In this document: positions 55,283-64,000 of the stretch, in pieces
Numbering within the stretch: position 1 is the stretch's first letter
How the letters are laid out: every line of letters begins with the position of its first letter
NCBI GenBank assembly: GCA_012295275.1
Contig: CM022673.1
Span: forward strand, 20,274,001-20,338,000
DNA length: 64,000 nt
Reading direction: 5' to 3'
Source: Chrysomallon squamiferum
Lineage: Eukaryota > Animalia > Mollusca
Notes under the pieces: model-generated
Told to the model about the DNA's origin: nothing
Seen by the model: the letters and a program-made list of their open reading frames with translations, nothing else
The model's database searches: none
Program-made: the position numbers and the translations under genes

Positions 55283-58200
55283 AGTCACTATTAAACTCAG
55301 TTGACAGCAGTGCCTATGTTGAAACAAGAGCAGAAAAAAGAGGTGTAGCACTTTTGAAAAAGAATGGTATTGTGATTATAGTAGGAAGTCCAGGTTCAGG
55401 AAAGACAACTCTAGCTTTGAACATGATTAAACATATAGCCAAAGAAGAAAAAAGAGGATCTTACATCGTGACTCATCACTCTGATTTCAAATTCGTCCCT
55501 GTATTGCTAGAAAAAACATGTATTCTCATTGATGATATATTTGGTAAAACTAATCTTGTATTAAATTTTGTGTCGTGTTGGGAACTGCTTTTTCCGAAGG
55601 TGTGGAGTCTTGTTGAGAATCAGCGTGTGAGATGTATTATTACTTTAAGAAAACAAATATTTGCAGAAGTTATAGACAGGCTGAAGGAATTTGATCTGTT
55701 TAATGAAAATCATCTCCTTGACCTGCAGAGTGATGAATATTGTCTGGATGGAGATGAAAAGAAAGAAATTCTAAACAAATATCTTGAACAAAAGATTGTT
55801 ACAATGGATCAAGATGATAAAGAGACTGTCATTGCTAGTTCATGTACAGAGTTAGGATTTCCTCAGGTGTGTGTGTATTATGTTAATTCAAATGATGCAC
55901 AAAAAAGAGGTGTTAAATTTTTTGAGAAACCTGTAGAATATCTCCGACAAGAGCTGGAAAATTTGATAAAAGATGAAACTTTACAGCTCAATTACCTAGT
56001 TCTGCTGCTGATCATGTTTCAGCAAGGCAGTCTCAGCATCGATTCACTGGACTCATCTGAAAATGACATTGATAGTGACATAATGAAATTAATAAGACTG
56101 CTAGAGCGAGTCTGTCTAAGTGTAAAAAACACTGACGTTAGAGATATAAAGAAAATAGCTGATGGAATGTGTGGTACCTATTTGAAGTGTGGCGACAACA
56201 AATACACATTTATTCACCAGTCAGTGTTTGACTCTTTGTTTCTGGTGTTTTCATCACAGTTTCCAAAGAAAGCAGCAGAGTTGCTAGAATTGTGTCCTGT
56301 CTCCATGTTGTTAGAATATGTTGTGACGCCTGGAGTGTCTAACAGAAGTCACATTACAATGACTGTTAGATCTGACTGCTTTGATGTTCTTGCTCGCAGA
56401 TTTACTGACCTGATGGCATCAAGCAATGCCAAAGAAATTATTTCACATCCATCACTGAAAGATGAAGAGTTTGTGAAGTATCTCATAGAGGAAAAATACT
56501 TTAATGATAAATTGTCTGAAATACTGGAGCAAACACTACATGAACATGCAGTTACATATTTTAAAATATCATCTGTAAATGTAGACACTGCTGATGAAAT
56601 ATTTAGCACTATTTCATGTCTTCTTGACAGTGATTCAGAGTATCATTCTAGTTACATATGGCAGTTGCAAATTGAACACATACGGATAGTTTTATTATCT
56701 GTTCCAAGTTGGTGTACTGTGAATGGAATAAGAACATTGTCAAGATTTTTCGCAGAACAACTGTGTAAAATGAAATTAAAAGATCTGAAGAAAGAACTCT
56801 TGCATGTTGCTTGTTGGTTTGGTGATGAAGATATTGTGAGAATGTTGCTAAAATCAGGCATTATTCCACCTTTTGATATACTGAGTGCAGCTGCTTGTTC
56901 AAAAACAGACAGTGTTACCATAATCAAAGAACTGTTACGGTGTAAAAAAGCGATGGAATTGAGTGAATATTCACATCTCTTACTTGTTTCTATTTGTTCG
57001 TGTAACATGAAGATTGCATGTTTTTTAGCTGACATCATAAAAAATGAGAAACACACCAGTGAAATCAAGGAAAAAGCCATTAAAGTGTTATTGGTTAGGT
57101 TCCTCAGACGAGTAGTACTTGAATCAGATTTCAATATAGGTGACATATATTTGGAGATTTCTGAAGTTGTTGATGTAAGCCATGTTTTTAGGAAACTGGT
57201 TACCATTGATACTATAAACAAAATTGAAGACATTGCTATCATTGCTGCTTGTCAGAGTACTTCAAGTGTTTTAAAAGAAATAGTAAAACTGAAACCTGAT
57301 TGTTTAAATGATGATAACAGAGATAAAGTACTTTTAGCAGCAGCAATATGGGGAGTCGCTGATACAGTGAATTTTCTCATTGAGCAGAGATGTAATGGTA
57401 CAGATGAGAACAACTGGAAGAAAACTCAAGTACTGAAAGTAGCAGTGATGTTTAACAGTGCAGATGTTGTTCAGTGTCTTCTTGATAAAGGAGCAGATCC
57501 TAATGTGTATGTAGCTGTTAATGAGAAATTGATGAAGTTGTATAAAGAGGAAACTATATTAAAACTGCTGTCTGATCCAAATAATATTAGCCAGAAAGAA
57601 GATCTGGTGTTTTTGGAGATATTCAAATCTGAATTGAAAGAGTTGTTTGAAGATAAAACTGAATTGGATCTGTTTCTTGAAGATAAACTGTTGATTTTAG
57701 AATCACCTCTTCACATTTCAGTTCTGCGTGGTGACTTAGATATGATAAAATCACTGATAGAGAGAAATGCTAATGTTAATGCAGTAAACAGTGAGGGAGA
57801 AACTCCACTTCATCAAGCTGTAAATACAGTGACACACGGAAAGGAAGTAGCTTTGTTGTTACTGGAAAATGATGCTGATATCAATTTAATGGATGACGAC
57901 AAAAATTCAGCATTGCACATAGCATCCCTAATTGACATAGATGTGGTGAAAGAAGTAATAGAAATGGGTGTTGAAATAAATGCAATTAACACTAAAGGGA
58001 AAACTCCTCTTCATTTGTCCTTATATCATAACAGAACAGAAATAGCTTTATATTTACTGAACCATGAGGCTGATCCTAATTTAACAGACAGTAATAACAA
58101 TTCTGCTTTACACTTTGCAGCTGAACACGGAAATGTAGAAATTGTGACAGCTCTGATTGAAAAAGGTATTGATGTAAATATAAAAAATGATAAAGGTGAA

Positions 58201-59541
58201 ACTCCTCTTATTACAGCTTTGAACTCTGATAAGAATAAAGTAGTTTTGATTTTACTGAACCATCCTAATTTAACAGACAATGATAAGAATTCTGTTTTAC
58301 ACTTAGCAGCTGAACATGGAAATGTAGAAATTGTGACAGCTCTGATTGAAAAAGGTTTTGATGTAAATATAAAAAATGATAAAGGTGAAACTCCTCTTAT
58401 TACAGCTTTGAACTCTGATAAGAATAAAGTAGTTTTGTTTTTACTGAACCATGGGGCTGATCCTAATTTAACAGACAATAATAACAATTCTGTTTTACAC
58501 TTTGCAGCTGAACATGGAAATGTAGAAATTATGACAGCTCTGATTGAAAAAGTTATTGATGTAAATATAAAAAATGATAAAGGTGAAACTCCTCTTATTA
58601 CAGCTTTGAACGCTGATAAGAACAAAGTAGTTTTGTTTTTACTGGATCATGGAGCTGATCGTAATCAAACAGACACTGATAATAATTCTGTTTTACATCA
58701 AGCAGCTAAACAAGAAAATCTAGAACTAGTGACAGTACTGATTGAAAAAGGTTTTGATGTAAATATTATAAATGGTCAAGGTGAAACTCCTCTTCTTGGA
58801 TTTCTGAATTATTACAATGATCTTTTTTACAAGCATCCAGCTGTGTACTATGAAAATAAAATATGTTCTTATTTACTGGAACATGGAGCTGATCCCAGCT
58901 TAACTGACAGTTATAACAATTCTGCTTTACACCTAGCAGCTAATCATGGAAATATGGAAATTGTGACAACTCTGATTGAAAAAGGTGTTGATATAAATAG
59001 TAAAAACTGTAAAGGTGAAACTCCTCTTTTAATAGCTGCTAACTGTAAACATAAAGTAATTTTGCATTTACGGGAAGAAGCAGATTATCTCAAATTAGCA
59101 GACGCTAAGGATATGTTTTTACACCTAGCAGCTAGAATTGGAAATATGAAAACTGAGGGAACATTGGATGAAATAATATCGGAACAAAATATTAAAAACA
59201 CAAGACATGAAAAGCCTATTTATTTGGCTATGACTTACATCAAATATTTTCTCAAACATGCAGTTGTGTACTGTCATAATAACAAAATAGTTTTTTATTT
59301 ACTAGAAAAAGGAGCTGATCCTAATTTAACAGACAATGATAACAATTCTGTTTTACACACAGCAGCTGAATGTGGAGATACAGAAATAGTAAAAGCACTG
59401 ATTGAAAAAGGTGTTGATGTAAATGTTGTTAACTCCAGTGGTGAAACTCCTCTTGACAAAGCTAAGAGTTGCAGATTTCTTTATAGCAAAATGGAAATTG
59501 TATCGTATTTATTGGAGCATGGTGCTAAAGATAGTGAATAA
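55283..59541 (+). CDS. STAND-class P-loop NTPase (nSTAND3-like) with C-terminal ankyrin repeats; main exon
   Basis: Acceptor tgttacag ends at 55282. YVETRA...IVIIVGSPGSGKTT (Walker A), ILIDDIFG (Walker B), IITLR (sensor-1-like), LGFP (GxP), FIHQSVFD (winged-helix/MHD-like), then degenerate and canonical ankyrin repeats (GETPL, SALHxAA.HG..EIV..LIEKG.DVN). Open for ~1419 codons. Confidence 0.92.
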
Positions 59542-61453
59542 TGTTTGATATGAAACTGAACTTTTCAATTTAGTACATTATATACACAGAGAGTATACAC
59601 AGACTGTCACTTTAAATGGAAGGTTAGCTAGTGAGAACATTTTAAAGTTGTGCAGAAATAACATTTTTGTATAAAACTGATGTTCATAATAAAATAATTG
59701 TTGTGAAGAAATCTAAATTTTGTTTGTAATGTCTATGATACAAAGTTGAGGTTAATGTTCTACTTCATGCTGAAATACATTGATTTCTGATGTAGTTTCA
59801 GTTTGAACTGCTTCATTTGTGCTTATTTTTGATATTATGTTGTGTCAGTGTATTTAGTTGTATTAAATACTATGTACAGTTATATTTTTTAATTCAAAAG
59901 TATAATTATTGATACTTGAGCCAGACCACATATTCAAAATAAAATTTGTGAACTAATTCATTGTGATGAAGAATTAAATCCAGTGTAAGTTTGTGTAACT
60001 ATATTGCTGTTTAGTCTAGTTACTGTAAATTGTTTCTGTTCAGATATTCCATTACTGTACTCTGCTCTTTCTGTTAAAATATTGTACACTCATATCTTGT
60101 GTAGTTTTTGTTTATATACAAATACTGTATTACTATATTTTATAGCTGCTGTAGCTATTCAAACTATTTTATTCTCTACCGTATTTGTACACAACAAAAA
60201 ATATTGTAATACCTGTACCTTTATGAAAATTTCACTTCATTTTTAATTTTCATTGAAAACGTTTGGAGTATTTATTGCATAATTCCATTTAAAAAGATGT
60301 TAAGATATATTTGGTTTCCCAATAATAATAAAACAACAGTAATGCTATGTTACTTTTGATCAGGTTATTCAGTAAGTGAGAAGTCAGGCACTTTTTAAAT
60401 CAGATTTGTTATATTATTCATTATTAGTGGTGTTGCTATTAGACTATTCATGTGTGAACATATTGCTTAAATAGGATATTATAATTAAAGTTGTGTTTTA
60501 AAGTTGAAATTTTTAATGTATATTTTTTGTTTGACAAAATTATTCTGGATTACTAAATACTTACATACATTAATGTTATGTAAAAGTGGTTTTATTTACT
60601 ATGTTTATACTAAGTAAACTTGTATTTTCACTTGGAGTTTATATATATTTTTGTTTCATAAAATGTTTATTTTGTTCATGTTTTTAATAAATCAATTTGT
60701 ATTTTAAAGTAAAATGTAATTTGTAATATATATATATATATATTAAAAATAATTATATATATAATTTCTTTCTTAATAAATTGTTCTGTGGTACTATATG
60801 TTTTACTACGTCTATATACATATTACAGTTTATTCTTCATTGTTAATGTCATACAAAAGAAAATATCTGAATGTTACTGTTATTAAGTAGAAGATACATT
60901 TATATATTTTTTCATTTGATTAAATTACCATTAGAAAAGAGAAAGTAATAAAATTTATAAAGCAAATGTAAAACTTCATTGATCTGATATTTTTTACATT
61001 TAACTTTAATAATTACAAAATAGTGAATAATTAATAAAGTAAACGTAAGTAGGAATATTTTTAGTTAATCATGTTTACATTTATTTAATAATTGTAAAAT
61101 AGTGAATAATTAATAAAATAAATGTAATTTTAAATTAGAAATATTTTTAATTAATAATATTTACATTTGTCTGTTGAACTATGATTTTGAAGTTAAACTG
61201 ATTAAATTTCTGATAAAATTTTAATACTATCTTTATTTTATTTGTAAATAACTTGTATCAAACTACGTTTCTTTCTTTCTTTTTTGTGAGTAGTTATTAT
61301 TTTTATTAAAAAAATATTTTGAGGAATGTATTGGTCTTACATTGAATGATTGTCTTATATAAATATCTTGTATTTTTTTGCCTGTCTTGATGATTGTTTC
61401 CACTCAGAAATTATTTTCTGTTTTAATGATTTATTTTATTGTGTTTGTTGCCA

Positions 61454-61494
<41 letters not shown>

Positions 61495-61799
61495 ATTGAT
61501 GAATGAAAAAAGCTTTATAATGATCTCCTTTTAACTTACTCGTTTATTTTTGAATTATGCAAAACAGAAAGTATTGTGTAATGTGCTAACCTTTGCTGGT
61601 TATGTCACTATTACATAAACAATGTATGAAATGTGTCAGTTTATGTATAGTTTTAATACACTGATGTAAATATATTTTTTTTAATACAGTGTTTGTAATA
61701 CTTGGCTATTATATACAATTAATATTTTTCATACATTTATTTTATTTTCATACACTGAATAAGAAGACAAAGAATGTTTTAAAAATATGTTCATATTTA

Positions 61800-61853
<54 letters not shown>

Positions 61854-62598
61854 TGGGAATATATTTATTTATCTAATTTTACGCCAATCTATTTAATCAT
61901 TACATATACTGAATGAATTTAAATAGCAAATACTTGTATTTATTTTTAATTACACTGATTATCTGTTTTTCATATTTTATTTGCATGATAGAATGTTTTT
62001 ACTATTTTCATTTTGTGTATCAACTAACTTTACATCAATCTTCAACTTACTGTTTTACTATTAACCATTTCTGTAATTATATGAGTACCCATATAAGTAA
62101 ACCTTGAGTGTAAAGGTCCATAAAATTGCTAATGTTTTCAAAAAGTGATTAATAAAACTAATTTTATTATTTTGTAGGCTAAAAGAGAAATATAATACCT
62201 TATTAGTGTGTGTGTGTGTGTTTGAGACAATATACCATTGTTAAATGAGTAAGTACTAAATCTGAATTTTGTTGAAATGAATTAATTTAGAGTTTACTGT
62301 TTCACTAATTTCTTTTACATTTTTGTAGTTTTTATTATTTATTATATATATATATATATGTATGTATGTATGTATATATATATATTATGGTAACGGTAAT
62401 TATTATTATTATTAAATACGGAGTATATTGTAACGCCATTAACAATTAATATAATAAATATGCTTTATAAATTGTAATCACTTTTTTATTATTATTAAAT
62501 GCTATATTTCCTGTATTCAAGAAAAACACAGTGCAATGGAATAATGCATTGTACAAGTTCTTGTGACATCCTCTGGCATCCAATAGTGACATTGTGTT

Positions 62599-63203
62599 TG
62601 TGGCAGAGACAACAGTCTCCTCTTAAATATGTAACAATCATATAAGCTAAGTGCGACGGACACGCCCGCTGACCTGTCAGAAAGCGTGCCCTTCGTAGAC
62701 GTGCTTCACAACAGCTTGCTCTGATTAGCACGTTAATGTTTTTCAAGTTCAAGTTCAAGTATAAGCTAAGTGTGACAGAGAGTAACAGTCTCTTGTTTAA
62801 TATGTAGTAGATGATAGATTTCTTTAAGAATTATATAAGCTATGTGTGACGGAGACTAACATGTTTAATAATAATAGATGTTAGATTTCCTTAAGAATTA
62901 CATAAGCTATGTTGAGGTGTTGTTTTGGCTGACCCTTTGGTGTCTGTGTGTCTGCTAAAGTTCCAACCAGTCTTGACTCCACTCTGGGACAGCAGTGTTA
63001 AAAGACTCCCTCTGTGGTTTTTCGTTGGTAATAAAAACAGAGATCGCATTTTGGTTGAGGCTATTAGTTTTACACCGTACAGGACAGACATGTGGTTAAC
63101 TGTAGCTGGACAGTTGTATAGATCCAACTGACTTAGATAACTATAAGTTTTTACGGCTCTGTTTAAGTAACTGAAAGGTAGTTATCTAACAAATACTGTT
63201 TAA

Positions 63204-63249
<46 letters not shown>

Positions 63250-63832
63250 CATAACCATTAGTTGGAGATTATCTGGTAATCTGATATGAGACCGATCAAA
63301 GTAAACTGTAGTTGTTATCTCTAAAACAACGGCTGAGAATAGCTGGGAATTTGACCATTAGTAATTGTAAACATAGATACCTTAACTGACTATCATGTCA
63401 ACGTTCTGTTAAGTAGTATTTTGATATACTTGCATATTCAAATACATCCTGAGGTGTGCTATTTTACCTTGAGGGATAAACATATTTAATACCCCTCATA
63501 TGTTTACTTATGTTGTGAGTGTAATTTTGTGTCGTGAAACTGTTTGTAATCGTAAGCTTACGCGGTAAATACCTATTATTAGACCGTATAACATATATAT
63601 TCTTTCAATCTAAACTGGTGGCGTTGTGTTTCTAGTGATTTAATGTTGACTAAATATAAATACATACATGACCTTGTACCCTGAATTGTTAGAGCCGATC
63701 CAAATCGGTTAGCAGACTACCTGATTCAGGGAGGTTTGTATGTATATGTAGTGTTGGTCTGGCGGAAGAGTTTTAAGCCCGTTGCGGGGTTCTGATTTGG
63801 TTACGGGACGATTGTGTTAATTACGAGTAAGA
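62599..63832. mobile_element. Second copy of the solo LTR, right terminus deleted
   Basis: Same left junction gtgtt|tgtggcagagac; right-hand gtgtt at 63833-63837; the last ~30 bp of copy A are missing. Confidence 0.7.
62654..62759 (+). mobile_element. 5'-truncated non-LTR retroposon/SINE insertion with 13-bp TSD
   Basis: TSD tataagctaagtg at 62641-62653 and 62760-62772; GC-rich body; 3' tail (ttcaag)3; absent from copy A. Confidence 0.8.
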
Positions 63833-64000
63833 GTGTTACGTAGCAGTGAGTCTGGTAACTCTACTATTGGACTGTTCGAAACAAGTAAATTGTGGAGTGT
63901 TTTAACTGAAAAAAAACAGACATTAGTTTCTTCATACAGGAGAATAAGTAAATTATTTATGCATATTCTTACATGTTCCTGCATCTCCGTATCACTTAGA

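Larger units (their letters stand above)
60630..63905 (+). repeat. Segmental duplication, copy B (paralogous to 6525-9060)
   Basis: See copy A. Contains an internally inverted block and an extra retroposon insertion. Confidence 0.9.

Noticed and set aside
56349-58625. Minus-strand ORFs overlapping the STAND-ankyrin gene
   Set aside because: Shadow ORFs of a long, repetitive coding exon; no independent motifs.
55283-59541. Bacterial contamination or a very recent HGT of an Avs-like defence gene
   Set aside because: Has a splice acceptor, in-phase upstream exons, host-like AT content and eukaryotic repeat context; no operon or RBS. An ancient origin cannot be judged without a phylogeny.

Overview
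AT-rich eukaryotic DNA, rich in microsatellites and with spliceosomal GT-AG introns. The repeat and gene content suggests a marine invertebrate, probably a mollusc (inference). The only clearly intact gene is a spliced STAND-class P-loop NTPase (nSTAND3-like) with a C-terminal ankyrin array, i.e. an NLR-like immune sensor architecture: first coding exon 51710-51821, giant exon 55283-59541. Upstream lies a 26-43 kb patchwork of duplicated non-coding first-exon and promoter modules, and the gene's 3' flank (60.6-63.9 kb) is duplicated at 6.5-9.1 kb. Also present: two disrupted copies of a gene with an acidic 14-aa (42-bp) repeat; a decayed transposase-like gene ending in a Spindlin (Spin/Ssty)-like Tudor domain; a decayed secreted Cys-containing protein gene whose last exon became a ~430-bp satellite; a Ngaro/DIRS-like retrotransposon remnant with an SGNH hydrolase; a TIR/TSD-complete hAT element nested in a Tc1 remnant; a solo LTR in two copies plus an empty-site paralog; and SINE/MITE fragments. 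All family calls come from visual motif recognition, not database searches.
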